Below are positions 46,400-56,963 of a stretch of 64,000 nucleotides of DNA, piece by piece. Made by a program: the position numbers and the translations under genes. The notes beneath the pieces are model-generated. The model was given only the letters and a program-made list of their open reading frames with translations. It was not told where the DNA came from and did no database searches. Source of the DNA: Solirubrobacteraceae bacterium (GTDB lineage: Bacteria; Actinomycetota; Thermoleophilia; Solirubrobacterales; Solirubrobacteraceae); assembly GCA_044865965.1 (NCBI GenBank), contig JBIOTP010000097.1, positions 5,068-69,067 of the forward strand, given 5' to 3'. The number at the start of each line of letters is the position of its first letter. Position 1 is the first letter of the stretch.

Positions 46400-46424
46400 C
46401 AGTGCTCCCGTTCGGGCGGGACCA

Positions 46425-48017
46425 CTAACGCTCCTTCACGTGCGGGTACTGCGACTTCTCGCCCTGGAAGCTCCACGGCCCCTGCTTGCGGCACGGCGGC
46501 GCCGGCGCAGCGGCGCCGGCCCCGGCGAACGCGTACTGCTGGATCCGCGCCAGCAGGTCGTTCGGGATCAGCGCCTGCGCCTGCTCGGGCGTCAGCGGCA
46601 CCTGCGGGATCGGCGGGAGCTGGACCGGCGACACCCCGCCGACCGTCGTCTGGACCTGCGAGACGGCCTGGCCGACCGGCTGCGTGATCGGCGCCGGCTC
46701 GTTGGTGATCGTCGGCAGCGTCCGGCCCGAGCACTGGCGGTCCTCGTAGACCGGCAGCCCGCGGTCGATCTCGTCGAAGCCGCCGGGCAGCCGGTACGGG
46801 TTCGGCCGGTTCGTCGAGATCCGCTCGGGATAGGCCGCCAGGTTCTCCGGGTTCAGCGGGTTCGTCGTGCGCAGGTAGTGCAGGTTGGTGCCCGGATCGC
46901 GCGCCTGCGTGGCCGTCGCGGAGTTCGCCCAGAACGACGTGAACACGCGCTTGTCGAGCCCGATGAACTGCAGCGCCGGCGTCAGCTGCTGCGTCGCCGG
47001 GTCGAGCTGGGCGATCAGCGGGCGGGCGTCCTCGAGCACCCGCTCGCCGGCCGGGAAGCCGCGCTTCGACGCGTCGATCAGCGGCTGCAGCTCCTGCAGC
47101 AGCGCCTTCAGGTCGGGCGAGATGTCCCTGAGATCCTCCAGCGTCGGCGACAGCTGCCGCGCCGCCGGGCGCAGTTGCGTCACGAGCGGGTCGGTGTCGT
47201 GCGAGAACGTAGTCAGCCGGTCGAGCGTGACGCGCGACTCGTCCTCGAAGGTCGGCAGCGCCACGAACGCGTCGTGCAGGTCCCGGTCGCGCGCGGCCGT
47301 GGTCGCGAAGACGGTGTTGGCGTTCTCGATCATCGAGCGGAGCTGGCCGTCGCGCTCCGTCAACGCCCCGAACACGACGCCGGTGTTCGAGACGAGCCGC
47401 GACACCGCGCCCTCCTGGCGGTTCAGGATCGAGACGATGTCGGCCGTGTCGTCGGCGAACGGGCCGAGGTTGCCGAGCGCGTCGTTGAGGTCGCGGCCGT
47501 GCCCGCGGATCGCGACCGCCTGCGTCTGCATCCAGTCCTGGAACGCCTCGCGCGTCTTGGGGTCGAACGCGCGCAGGATCTCGTCCAGCTCCACGGTGTC
47601 CGACACCTGAGAGGAAGCCAGCCGTCCGCCCTCCGGGATCGGCTTCGCACGCGGGCTGCCCGGCGTGAGCTCGACGTAGGTCTCGCCCAGCAGCGTCTTC
47701 TGGCGCAGGATCGCCTTCGCGTCCGACGGCAGCGGCGAATAGCGCGGGTCGAGCTGGATGACCACGTCCGAGCGGCCGGTCTGGTTGTCGGGCGTGATCT
47801 TCTTGACCTTGCCGACCGGCACGCCGGAGATCCGCACGTCGGCCTCCAGCGCGAGCTGGCCGGCCTCCGCGAACGACGTCTGGAAGCGGTAGCCCTTCGG
47901 CTTGAGCGGGATCGGGCCGCCGAACGCGAGCCACAGGAACAGCAGCAGCCCGAAGCACGACAGCGCGAAGATCACCATCGCGGCGATGCGTCCGAGGGAG
48001 GGGGCCGACTTGATCAT
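46425..48017 (-). CDS. MCE/MlaD family protein (6th)
   Basis: N-terminal TM, ADVRISGVPVGKV, LLGETYVELTPG, helical tail. Confidence 0.92.
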   Translation of the reverse strand: MIKSAPSLGRIAAMVIFALSCFGLLLFLWLAFGGPIPLKPKGYRFQTSFAEAGQLALEADVRISGVPVGKVKKITPDNQTGRSDVVIQLDPRYSPLPSDAKAILRQKTLLGETYVELTPGSPRAKPIPEGGRLASSQVSDTVELDEILRAFDPKTREAFQDWMQTQAVAIRGHGRDLNDALGNLGPFADDTADIVSILNRQEGAVSRLVSNTGVVFGALTERDGQLRSMIENANTVFATTAARDRDLHDAFVALPTFEDESRVTLDRLTTFSHDTDPLVTQLRPAARQLSPTLEDLRDISPDLKALLQELQPLIDASKRGFPAGERVLEDARPLIAQLDPATQQLTPALQFIGLDKRVFTSFWANSATATQARDPGTNLHYLRTTNPLNPENLAAYPERISTNRPNPYRLPGGFDEIDRGLPVYEDRQCSGRTLPTITNEPAPITQPVGQAVSQVQTTVGGVSPVQLPPIPQVPLTPEQAQALIPNDLLARIQQYAFAGAGAAAPAPPCRKQGPWSFQGEKSQYPHVKER

Positions 48018-49363
48018 CCGCCACCCACCGGGGACTGCGTCGACTGCGGGCAGATCGACTGGATGCTCGGCCCGTTGAGCAGGTCGACCAGCGTGCCGAG
48101 CTGCGGATTGCTCTGCGTCACCGCCTGCAGCACCTGCGCGGTCTGGCAGGAGAACACGATCAGGCCGCGGCGGATCGGGCCGTGCGCGTCCTGGGTGTCG
48201 AAGATCGCGTTGCCGGCGTGGTTGACCCAGGACTGCCAGAACAGGAAGCCCTCGTCCTTGTCGCCGGGCGGGTTGTAGGCGACCTCGTTGAGCAGGTAGT
48301 TGACGACGTCGAACGTGCGCGAGAGGTCGGGCGTCGCGGCCGCCAGGTCGCGCATCGCCGGCCGCAGCTCCCGCACCGTCGGCAGCGAGGCGCGCGCGAA
48401 CGGCCGCAGCTCGTCGCGGATCACCGGCGTCGTGTCGCGCAGGAACGGCCGCGTCTTGCGGAGCGAGGGGCCGAGCGCGCGCGCGGCCGGGCGCAGCGCC
48501 TCGAGCGTCGGCCCGAGCGTGTCGCCGAGCGTCTTGACCTTGCCGAGCGTCGTCTGCGTCGTCTGCAGCGTGCTCGGCAGCTTCTGCAGCGTGGCGTGTA
48601 GGCTCGCGTCCTGGCGCGCCAGCGTCTCGAACACCGCGTTGGAGTTCTGCACGAAGCTCGCGAGCTGCGTGTCGCGCTTGCCGAGCTCGTCGGTCAGCAG
48701 CGAGAAGTTGTGGATGACCCGCCGGAGGTTCTGGGCCCGCTTCGCCAGCCCCTCGTTGATCCGCCGCGAGTAGAGCGCGGTCGGCTCGATCCGCCGGATC
48801 GCCTGCGCGAGATCGCGCCCCTTGGCCTCGGACCCGAGCCCCTGGGCGCCGTCGTTGAGCAGGAACACGAGGAAGTCGCGCGTGTCGGCGTCCAGCGACG
48901 ACAGGATCTCGTCCAGGTTGACGTCCGGCAGGGTCTGCGAGATCGGGATCGTCCCGCCCTCGGGCAGCCGCCCGGCGCCCGCGTGGCCCGGCGTGAGCTC
49001 GGCCACCATGTCCTTCAGGCCGGTCTTCGGGCGCAGCAGGATCGAGGCGTCCTTGTAGATCCGCGAGTACTTCGGCTGGATCTTCATGCCCACGATCGCC
49101 TTGCCGTCCTCGAGGCGCACCGACGTGATCTCGCCGACCTGGACGCCCGCGACGTTGACGGTCTGCCCCTGGCCCGGCGTGACGGCCTGGGCGGTGGACA
49201 TCTCGGCCTGCATCGTGAAGAAGTCCTTGCCGATGACCGGCACCCAGCCCGGCAACGTGAGCCGCTGCTTGCCGAGGATCACGGAGGCCACGATCAGCGC
49301 CACCAGCAGGAGGCCGATGATCGCCACGAAGTCCGGCAGGTGCTTGCGGATCGCCCGCCTCAC
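48014..49363 (-). CDS. MCE/MlaD family protein (5th)
   Basis: VNVAGVQVGEI, RPKTGL..ELTPG; GTG 49363. Confidence 0.9.
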   Translation of the reverse strand: MRRAIRKHLPDFVAIIGLLLVALIVASVILGKQRLTLPGWVPVIGKDFFTMQAEMSTAQAVTPGQGQTVNVAGVQVGEITSVRLEDGKAIVGMKIQPKYSRIYKDASILLRPKTGLKDMVAELTPGHAGAGRLPEGGTIPISQTLPDVNLDEILSSLDADTRDFLVFLLNDGAQGLGSEAKGRDLAQAIRRIEPTALYSRRINEGLAKRAQNLRRVIHNFSLLTDELGKRDTQLASFVQNSNAVFETLARQDASLHATLQKLPSTLQTTQTTLGKVKTLGDTLGPTLEALRPAARALGPSLRKTRPFLRDTTPVIRDELRPFARASLPTVRELRPAMRDLAAATPDLSRTFDVVNYLLNEVAYNPPGDKDEGFLFWQSWVNHAGNAIFDTQDAHGPIRRGLIVFSCQTAQVLQAVTQSNPQLGTLVDLLNGPSIQSICPQSTQSPVGGG

Positions 49364-50937
49364 CTGGCGTCCTTCGTCCGGAACGGGTGGAGCTTGGAGC
49401 GCACGGCCTGGAGGTCGGCCTCGCGCTTGAGCCGGCCGCGCCGGGTCGTGGGCCGCGACGCCGCCGTGGCCGAGGCCGTCTGCCCGGTCGGCTGCGACTT
49501 CGCCGCGGCCGGGCCGTTGACGTCGGCGATCTTGTTCTTGTAGCAGGGGAAGTCCGGCCGGTAGGGCGGGCGCTTGCCCGGATAGGCGGGCCGGTTGCCG
49601 AGCGGCACGCCGACGTTGTTGCCGAACAGCTCGCCGCTGTTGGAGCTCTTGGAGCCGAGCGAGACCTGCTGCGAGCCGCCGCCGACCTGGAAGCGGACGT
49701 ACATGCCGTTGCCGTCGGTGTTCTGGCCCTCGCCGGCGAGGCCCACGAGCCCGTAGAAGAACTCCTTGTAGTTCTCCACGCCGGTCGGGAACTCGTCGTT
49801 GATCACCTGGTCGCCCTCCGGCAGCACGACGTCGCGGACGCACTTGGAGGTGAGATCCGTCTTCGGCAGCAGGTCCTCGCTGGCGTCGATCAGCTTCGCC
49901 AGGTCGCGGGTGGCGGGCGACGCCTCCTGCGCGACGCCGCGCAGCTCGGACTTGGACACCAGCTTGCGGGTCTGCGCGATCCACGGGAACGCCGCGTCGA
50001 TCGTCGCCGGCGTCTCGCGCACCCCGGGCAGGATCTCCCGCGCGAACGCGCGCGTCGGCGGGAACGCCCGGTTGAGCGAGGCGAGCGCGGCGTTGGCGTT
50101 GGTCAGCGTCGGCGCCAGCTCGCGGATCGAGGACCGCACGTTGTCCGATTCGCCGGCGAAGATCGCCATCGTCGAGTTGAAGTTGGTGATCAGGTCCTTG
50201 AGCTGGTTCTCGTTGCGGTCCAGCGCGGCGGAGGTCGCGGCCGTGCCGCGGATCAGCCGCTCGATGTCGCGGCCGGGCTCGGTCCCCAGCAGCGCGTCGA
50301 GCACCTGGGCGGTCGAGCGCTCGGCCGCCGGGATGTCGTCGTAGGCGTCGTTGAAGGACTCCGCCGCCGTCTGCCCGCGCACGGAGGGCGGGAGCTCGCG
50401 GTCCTGGGCGGCGGTCGGCTTGGAGGTCAGCGCCGTCGACAGGCCGTCCAGCAGCGCCTTGAGGTCCTCGCGGGAGTCGCTCTGCAGCGCCGTCAGCACC
50501 TCGTCGAGCTGCACCGGCGTCGACGTCTGCGTGATCTTCAGCGTGTCGCCGGAGTCGACGGTCGGCGAGCCCGGCGTCCCCGGCCTCAGGTCGACGAAGA
50601 AGTTGCCCTCCAGGAAGATGCGCGGCCGGATCTTGGCGGTCGCGTCGCGGTGGATCGGCAGCGCCGACTTCTTGAGCTCCATCGTCACGACGGCCGCGTC
50701 GGTGTCCTGCAGCGGCTCGACCTTCTTGACCTTGCCGACCTCGACGCCGGCGATCCGCACGGGCGAGTTGGGCCGGATCGAGTTCGCCGACTGGAACTGC
50801 GCCTTGAGCATGAAGCCGTGCGTGAGCGGGATGTGCTTCGTGAAGCCGAGGAACGTCAGCACCACGATCACCCCGAGGGCGATCAGCCCGACGGTGGCGG
50901 GCGAGCGGGCGGCGCGGCGGCGGCGCGTGCGGGCCAT
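49360..50937 (-). CDS. MCE/MlaD family protein (4th)
   Basis: SPVRIAGVEVGKV, FLEGNFFVDLRPG. Confidence 0.9.
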   Translation of the reverse strand: MARTRRRRAARSPATVGLIALGVIVVLTFLGFTKHIPLTHGFMLKAQFQSANSIRPNSPVRIAGVEVGKVKKVEPLQDTDAAVVTMELKKSALPIHRDATAKIRPRIFLEGNFFVDLRPGTPGSPTVDSGDTLKITQTSTPVQLDEVLTALQSDSREDLKALLDGLSTALTSKPTAAQDRELPPSVRGQTAAESFNDAYDDIPAAERSTAQVLDALLGTEPGRDIERLIRGTAATSAALDRNENQLKDLITNFNSTMAIFAGESDNVRSSIRELAPTLTNANAALASLNRAFPPTRAFAREILPGVRETPATIDAAFPWIAQTRKLVSKSELRGVAQEASPATRDLAKLIDASEDLLPKTDLTSKCVRDVVLPEGDQVINDEFPTGVENYKEFFYGLVGLAGEGQNTDGNGMYVRFQVGGGSQQVSLGSKSSNSGELFGNNVGVPLGNRPAYPGKRPPYRPDFPCYKNKIADVNGPAAAKSQPTGQTASATAASRPTTRRGRLKREADLQAVRSKLHPFRTKDAR

Positions 50938-52340
50938 CAGCGCGCCTGCCCGTCGGTCGAGAGCTGCTGGGTCCCCGGCACGTTCCCCGTCACCGTCTTG
51001 CCGACCAGGTAGGGCTCGTTGCCGGACTCGCACTCGCGCGGCTGGCCGGGGGCCGCGGTGTTCGGGTACGGGTTGAGGTGGACGTGGTTCTCCTCGTTGG
51101 GCCCGTTGGCGGGCGCCGACGAGGGACCGCCCTCGTTGTTGGGCCCCTGCGGCGTGGCGACGATGATGAACCGCTGCCAGGTGCCGTTGCGGTCGCCCTC
51201 GCTCAGCAGCGAGGAGATGTTGCGGAACCAGAGCGTGACGTAGTTGCAGTCGATCTGGGCCGGCGCGAGGTACTGCAGCGTCGGGTCGAGCGCCTTCACC
51301 GCCTCGGTCGTGGACCTGATGCCGCGCGGCACCAGCGGGTCGTTGGAGAACGTCCGCAGCTCGTCCAGCAGCGACGCCAGCCGGCGGTTGAGCGGCGGCG
51401 TGCGCGGCAGCACCGCGATGCCGGTGCCGAGCGCGTCGGCCAGCGGCGGCGCCGCCGAGCGCAGCGCGCGCACGCCCGGCCGCAGATCGCGGAACAGGCC
51501 CTCGGTGTTGGCCAGGAACGGGCGCTGCTGCGGGAAGTCGCGCACGCCGGCGTCGAGCGCCGGCCGGCCCTTGGTGATCGAGTCCTGGATGAACGGCCGC
51601 GCGACGACGCGCAGCGACGCCATCGTCGCGTCGAGGTTGTCGAACAGCGACGCCTGGTCCTCAGACGCGGGCGCGACGATCTGCGCCGCGTCGCCCAGCT
51701 CGTCCACGAAGCGGCGCAGGTTCGTGTCCCGCGACGACAGGTTCTGCATCACGGGCACGAGGTCCCGCAGCAGCGGCCGGAAGGCGCCGATCGCGGTGTT
51801 GATCGACTCGCCGCGGCCGGAGAGCGCGGTCCCGAACCCCTCGAGGTTCGTGCGCGCCGCCTCGCGCGTGGGCTCGTCGAACATGTTCAGGAACTCGTCC
51901 AGCTCGACCGGCTGCGGTCGCGCCGCACGGAGGGGGATCGTGTCGCCGTCCTGGAAGGTCTCCGTCGACGTCCCGCGCGTGACCTCGATGAACTTCAGCC
52001 CGAGCGCGGAACGCGGGCGGACGATGAACGTCGAGTCCTTCGGCAGCGGCCCTGCCTCCTTGTCGAGCTTGAGGCCGAGCACCGCGATCACGCGCTTGTC
52101 GGGCAGCGTCTTCGGCTTGATCGAGGTGACGGCGCCGATCCGGCTGCCGCCGACCTTCACGTCGTTGCCGACGACGAGCTGGGCGGCGCTCGGGACCTCG
52201 ACGTTGACCTGGTAGGTGGGGACGAACGGCAGGCCCTTGTTGGCGTTGTAGGCCAGGAAGACGGCGACGAGGACGACGAGGATCGTCGCCGCGCCGATCA
52301 GCACGGGGTTGCCCGCGATGCCGTAGCCGCGGCTCCTCAT
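50937..52340 (-). CDS. MCE/MlaD family protein (3rd)
   Basis: GNDVKVGGSRIGAV, SALGLKFIEV. Confidence 0.9.
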   Translation of the reverse strand: MRSRGYGIAGNPVLIGAATILVVLVAVFLAYNANKGLPFVPTYQVNVEVPSAAQLVVGNDVKVGGSRIGAVTSIKPKTLPDKRVIAVLGLKLDKEAGPLPKDSTFIVRPRSALGLKFIEVTRGTSTETFQDGDTIPLRAARPQPVELDEFLNMFDEPTREAARTNLEGFGTALSGRGESINTAIGAFRPLLRDLVPVMQNLSSRDTNLRRFVDELGDAAQIVAPASEDQASLFDNLDATMASLRVVARPFIQDSITKGRPALDAGVRDFPQQRPFLANTEGLFRDLRPGVRALRSAAPPLADALGTGIAVLPRTPPLNRRLASLLDELRTFSNDPLVPRGIRSTTEAVKALDPTLQYLAPAQIDCNYVTLWFRNISSLLSEGDRNGTWQRFIIVATPQGPNNEGGPSSAPANGPNEENHVHLNPYPNTAAPGQPRECESGNEPYLVGKTVTGNVPGTQQLSTDGQAR

Positions 52341-53983
52341 CGCGGCCCGTCCTTGCCGAACAGGTAGTCGAGCAGCGCGTCGCCGGGCTCCTCCGGCGTC
52401 GGCGTGGGCGTCGGCGTGGGCGAGGCGGACGGCGCCGGCTCGGCCGTGGCGGTCGGCGCGGCGCCCGCGGGCGCGCCCGGCACGGGGACCGGCGGGAGCA
52501 CGGCGTCCGGCGCCGGCGCGGGCGCGGCCGGCGCGGGCCGGTCGCCCTTGCGCTTGGCGTGGTGGCGCGTCTTCGCCGTCTTCTGCTTCGCGTGGTGGCG
52601 CTTCTTGTGCGCGTGCTTGTGCTTCTTGGCCTTGGCCTTCTTCGCGCCGTCCAGCCCGAGCGCGCGCGCCAGCGCCCGCGCCGTGGCGGCCAGCACCGGG
52701 TCGTCGCCGGTCGCCTTGGAGACGCTCGCCGTCGCGTTCGCCGACGAGGAGGCGTTCGGGAAGTTCGCGCTGCAGCCCTGGACGGGCCGGACGACGTACG
52801 ACGAGCACTGGTTGACGATCAGCCCGGCTCGCAGGTAGTGGCCGAACGCGTCGAACCCGTTGACGGCGGCCACCTGGTAGAAGATGTAATCCATCAGGCG
52901 CTCGACGCCGTGCGTCTTCTGGAAGGACTCGAGGACGTCGGCGGCGGTCGCGCCGACCGGGCGCACGGCGTTGGCGAGCTGGCGCAGGTCGGCGATCACA
53001 GGCCGCGCGTCGGTCATCGCCGGAGTGCCGATCTTCGCGGCGTCGCCGAGCGACTCGACGGCCGGCGTCGCGGCCTGGGAGAACGGGCCCATCCGCCGGA
53101 TCACCGTGTTGATGTCGGGCGCCACCGGCTGCAGGTCGGCCAGCACGGGCGTCATCTGGTCCGACAGCGAGCCGAGGCGCTGCATCGTCGGCTTGAGCTC
53201 GTCCAGGAACGCCGGCAGGCGCTCGATGTCGCGCCCGAGGTCCCCGCGGCGCTCGGCGGTCGCCTTGGCGACCTCGCTGGAGTTGCGGATCGCGCCCGCG
53301 ACGTGACGGCGCTCGCGCGCGAGCGGCGCCAGCACGGTGTCCGAGTTGGTCGCGAGGTCCTCGAGCACCTTGTTCTGCGAGGCGAGGATCGCGAGCACGC
53401 GGTCGGTCTCCTTGAGCGCCGGGTTGGCGCGCCGCACGACCGCGTTGAGGTCGGCCCCGCGCCCCGCCAGGCCGGTCCCGAGCTCGTTGAGGATCAGCGA
53501 CAGCCGCTCGCGCTCCGGCTCGCGCGAGATGTCGCCGATCAGGTCGATGTCCACGGACTGGCTCGTGTTCTCCACCGGCAGCAGGTACTGGCCCTCGCCG
53601 GGCCCGCGCTCGATCTTGCGCAGCGGCGGCGGCGCCTCGCTGCCGGCGCCCCGCGGCTCGGTCGGCGTGCACTCGACGAAGCGCTCGCCGATCAGGTTCT
53701 GCGGGCGCACGATGCAGGACGCGTCGCGCCGGAAGTCCTGGTAGCCGGGCTGGGAGATCTCGAGCACGACGGCCGCCTTGAAGTCCGGCGTGACGTCGAC
53801 CTCGGAGATCCGGCCGACCTTGACGCCGGCGATCTTGACATCCTCGCCGGGGATCACGAAGCCCGCGTTGTCGAAGATCGCGCGCACCCGGTAGGAGTGG
53901 CGCTCGCCCTCGCGGGTGGCGAGGAAGACCACCGCGGCGGCGGCCGCGAGCGTGACGGCGACAAGTGCGGCGACGCGCATCAT
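52337..53983 (-). CDS. MCE/MlaD family protein (2nd) with Lys/His-rich and Pro-rich tail
   Basis: EDVKIAGVKVGRI, LIGERFVEC. Confidence 0.9.
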   Translation of the reverse strand: MMRVAALVAVTLAAAAAVVFLATREGERHSYRVRAIFDNAGFVIPGEDVKIAGVKVGRISEVDVTPDFKAAVVLEISQPGYQDFRRDASCIVRPQNLIGERFVECTPTEPRGAGSEAPPPLRKIERGPGEGQYLLPVENTSQSVDIDLIGDISREPERERLSLILNELGTGLAGRGADLNAVVRRANPALKETDRVLAILASQNKVLEDLATNSDTVLAPLARERRHVAGAIRNSSEVAKATAERRGDLGRDIERLPAFLDELKPTMQRLGSLSDQMTPVLADLQPVAPDINTVIRRMGPFSQAATPAVESLGDAAKIGTPAMTDARPVIADLRQLANAVRPVGATAADVLESFQKTHGVERLMDYIFYQVAAVNGFDAFGHYLRAGLIVNQCSSYVVRPVQGCSANFPNASSSANATASVSKATGDDPVLAATARALARALGLDGAKKAKAKKHKHAHKKRHHAKQKTAKTRHHAKRKGDRPAPAAPAPAPDAVLPPVPVPGAPAGAAPTATAEPAPSASPTPTPTPTPEEPGDALLDYLFGKDGPR

Positions 53984-55326
53984 GGCCCCGGCGGCACCTG
54001 GCTCGGGTCGCAGTCGAGGTTGCCGCCGCTGTCGCGGAACGGCGCCGAGCCGTCGGGCGGGGCCTGGCTGGCGGCGCCCGGGCAGCGGCGGAGGTTGTTC
54101 AGCGACAGGCCCGCCAGCCGCAGCGCCGGCGCGAGCGGCGAGAGCTCCTGGTTGCCGGCCGGCGTGTCGCGGAACTGGAACGCGTTGAAGATCGGCTGGA
54201 TCCGCGCGTAGTGGCCGTTGGCGTCGTAGTTCGCGGCGCCGACGCCGAAGTCACGGAACCAGGCGGTGAGCTCGGGGATGTAGGGCCGGAGGAACTCGAG
54301 CACCGGCTGGCTCCGGCGCAGCGCGCCGGTGGCGTCGCGGAACGCCGGCGTGGCGACCCTCTGCAGGCCGGGGAGCTTGCGCGTGGCCTCGACGAGGTCG
54401 TTGTCGGAGCCCGGGCGGCGGATCAGCGTGCGCAGGTCGGCGATCGTCGGCTTCGCGTCGTGCAGCAGCGGGCGCAGGTCGCGCAGGAACGGCTCGAGGT
54501 CCTTGGTCGCCGGCTTGGACTCCGCGACCAGCGGGTCGAGGTCGTCGAGCGTCGCGCGCAGGTTCACGAACGTCGTGTTGGCGCGCCTGAGCGTCGTCGG
54601 CAGCAGGCGCAGCGCCTCCGACAGCGCGCGGTTCTCGGCGGCGATCGCGCCGGTGGTGGCGTCGGTGTTGCCGACCAGGTCGGCGAGGTCGTCGCGGCGC
54701 TCGGCGATCGCCGTCACGGCGCGCGAGGACTCCACGATGAAGTCGGTCAGCGCGCCCTCGTCGGCCGTCGTCTCGTTCACCAGCCGTCGCGCGCTGGACA
54801 GCAGCGGGTTGAAGTACTTCGCCGACTCGCCGGCCTCCTCGCCCTTGCCGGAGTACTGGGTCGCGAAGCCCTTGATCACGCCCTGGAGGTCGCGGCGCGC
54901 CTTCGGGTCCAGCGTGTTGAAGATCTCGTCGAGGTCGACCGCGGTGGTCGTCGAGGCGGTGGTGAGCGTGGCCTGGTCGGCGAGCCGGCGGTTCGGGGCC
55001 GGGCCGGGCGTGAGCGCGACGTAGCGGTTCGCGATGCCCGACAGCGACGTGAGGCGGATGACCGCCTGGGTCCCCTCGCGCAGCGGCGCGTAGGGCTCCT
55101 TGACCGAGATCTTGACCGCGGCCTGGTTGTTCGAGGTCAGCGCGATCCCCTTCACGCTGCCCACGGCGCGCCCGCCGACCTGGACGTTGTCGCCCTTCAC
55201 GAGCTGCCCGGCGTTCTCGAAGATCAGCGTGTACTCGTGGCCGCCGCCGCGCATCAGCAGCAGGTAGACCGCGAGCACCGCAACGAGTACGAGGCCGCCG
55301 AGGGCGGCCACCCGGGCCACCTGCAC
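53980..55326 (-). CDS. MCE/MlaD family protein (1st)
   Basis: LVKGDNVQVGGRAVGSV, RYVALTPG. Confidence 0.9.
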   Translation of the reverse strand: MQVARVAALGGLVLVAVLAVYLLLMRGGGHEYTLIFENAGQLVKGDNVQVGGRAVGSVKGIALTSNNQAAVKISVKEPYAPLREGTQAVIRLTSLSGIANRYVALTPGPAPNRRLADQATLTTASTTTAVDLDEIFNTLDPKARRDLQGVIKGFATQYSGKGEEAGESAKYFNPLLSSARRLVNETTADEGALTDFIVESSRAVTAIAERRDDLADLVGNTDATTGAIAAENRALSEALRLLPTTLRRANTTFVNLRATLDDLDPLVAESKPATKDLEPFLRDLRPLLHDAKPTIADLRTLIRRPGSDNDLVEATRKLPGLQRVATPAFRDATGALRRSQPVLEFLRPYIPELTAWFRDFGVGAANYDANGHYARIQPIFNAFQFRDTPAGNQELSPLAPALRLAGLSLNNLRRCPGAASQAPPDGSAPFRDSGGNLDCDPSQVPPGP

Positions 55327-55329
55327 GGG

Positions 55330-56169
55330 CTACTCCATGCCCAGGGGCCCGCGGGAGGCCCCGGACAAGAACTGGCGGACGAACTGATTGTCGGAGTTGA
55401 ACAGCTCCTCGGCGGGTCCGGACTCGACGATCCGGCCCTTCCACAGCACGGCGATGTACTCCGCCACCCGCTTGGCGGACATGATGTCGTGCGTGATCAC
55501 CACGTAGGCGCCGCCGTTCTCCTCGTGGATCTCCTTGATGAGCTCGCACAGGAGCGCGGTGCGGACGGGGTCGAGCCCGGAGTCGGGCTCGTCGAAGAGG
55601 ACGATGTCGGGGTCGAGCACGAGCGCGCGCGCGAAGCCGGCGCGCTTGCGCATGCCGCCCGAGAGCTCGTTGGGCATCTTGTCGGAGGAGCCCTCTAGCC
55701 CGACCTCGCGCAGGCGGCGGTTGACGATCTCGCCGATCTCGTCGTCGCTCTTGTCGGTGTGCTGGCGCAGGGGGAACGCGACGTTGTCCCACAGGTTCAT
55801 CGAGCCGAACAGCGCGCCGTCCTGGAACAGCACGCCGAACTTCTTGCGCATCTCGAAGAGCTGGTCGTCGGACATGTTCGGGACCGACTCGCCGTGCACC
55901 AGCACGTCGCCCTCGTCCGGGTACAGCAGCCCGACCATGTGCTTGATGCAGACCGACTTCCCGGTCCCGGACGGCCCGAGGATCATCGAGATCTTGTCCT
56001 CGGGGACGCCCATGTTCAGGCCGCGCAGGATCTTGTTGCGGCCGAACGCCTTGTGGACCTCCACGAACTCGACGGCATCCGGCGCGCCCGAGGGGCGCTT
56101 GGCGCCGGTGTGCCACTTGTACTCGTCCTCGTGCTCGCTGCGCGTGGCCGGCTCGTCGCTCATCGTCAT
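55330..56169 (-). CDS. mceG: Mce-system ABC ATPase (MceG/MlaF)
   Basis: GPSGTGKS, LFQDGALFGSM, LSGGMRKRAGFARAL, DEPDSGLDP. Confidence 0.9.
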   Translation of the reverse strand: MTMSDEPATRSEHEDEYKWHTGAKRPSGAPDAVEFVEVHKAFGRNKILRGLNMGVPEDKISMILGPSGTGKSVCIKHMVGLLYPDEGDVLVHGESVPNMSDDQLFEMRKKFGVLFQDGALFGSMNLWDNVAFPLRQHTDKSDDEIGEIVNRRLREVGLEGSSDKMPNELSGGMRKRAGFARALVLDPDIVLFDEPDSGLDPVRTALLCELIKEIHEENGGAYVVITHDIMSAKRVAEYIAVLWKGRIVESGPAEELFNSDNQFVRQFLSGASRGPLGME

Positions 56170-56963
56170 CCTCCGATGGGCGCGCGTGGGTTCGCGCCCC
56201 AGAACAGCTGCGTGCCCAGCATCCCGATCAGGTGCACGAGCACGATGTTCAGCACCATGGACTTCGCGGTGGCGGTTCCCACCCCGACCGGGCCTCCGCT
56301 CGCCGTGTAGCCGTAGTAGCACCCGACCAGCACGATCACGGTGGCCATCGCCATCCCCTTGATGACGCTGTACAGCAGGTCCGGTGGGTTCTGGAACATC
56401 CAGAAGATCAGCGAGTAGCCGCCGCTGGACACCTCCCCGATCTGCTGCACCACCGCGACGTAGGAGGCGAGGAAGCCGGCGCCGATCCCGGCCAGGTAGA
56501 CGAACGGCAGCACCATCCACGACGCGAGCAGCCGCGTCGCGCACAGGAACGTGATCGACGGCACGCCCATCACCTCGAGCGCGTCGATCTCGTCGGAGAT
56601 CCGCATCGAGCCGAGCTCGGCGACGATCCCGGTCCCCACCTTCGCCGACATCATGTAGCCGAACGCGTACGGGATCAGCTCGCGCAGGTCGCACCAGGCG
56701 GCGAACACGCCGGCGTACGCGGGGGCCCCGGTGGCGCGGTTGAAGTACGCCGCCTCGATCCCGCACTGCAGCCCGATGATGAACGTCAGGCCCCAGATCA
56801 CGAGCGTCGAGGACAGGATCAGGACGCCGGCCTGGCGGAGCGCCTCGCCGAAGTAGCGGAACACGCGCAGGCCGAACACCTGGCCGAAGACGCGCCCGCA
56901 GAACTGGACGATCTCCCCGAAGGAGGCGAACCAGTCGCGCGGTACGGCGAGCCACTCGTTCAT
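56166..56963 (-). CDS. YrbE/MlaE permease B
   Basis: AELGSMRISDEIDALEVMG, GGPVGVGTAT. Confidence 0.93.
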   Translation of the reverse strand: MNEWLAVPRDWFASFGEIVQFCGRVFGQVFGLRVFRYFGEALRQAGVLILSSTLVIWGLTFIIGLQCGIEAAYFNRATGAPAYAGVFAAWCDLRELIPYAFGYMMSAKVGTGIVAELGSMRISDEIDALEVMGVPSITFLCATRLLASWMVLPFVYLAGIGAGFLASYVAVVQQIGEVSSGGYSLIFWMFQNPPDLLYSVIKGMAMATVIVLVGCYYGYTASGGPVGVGTATAKSMVLNIVLVHLIGMLGTQLFWGANPRAPIGG

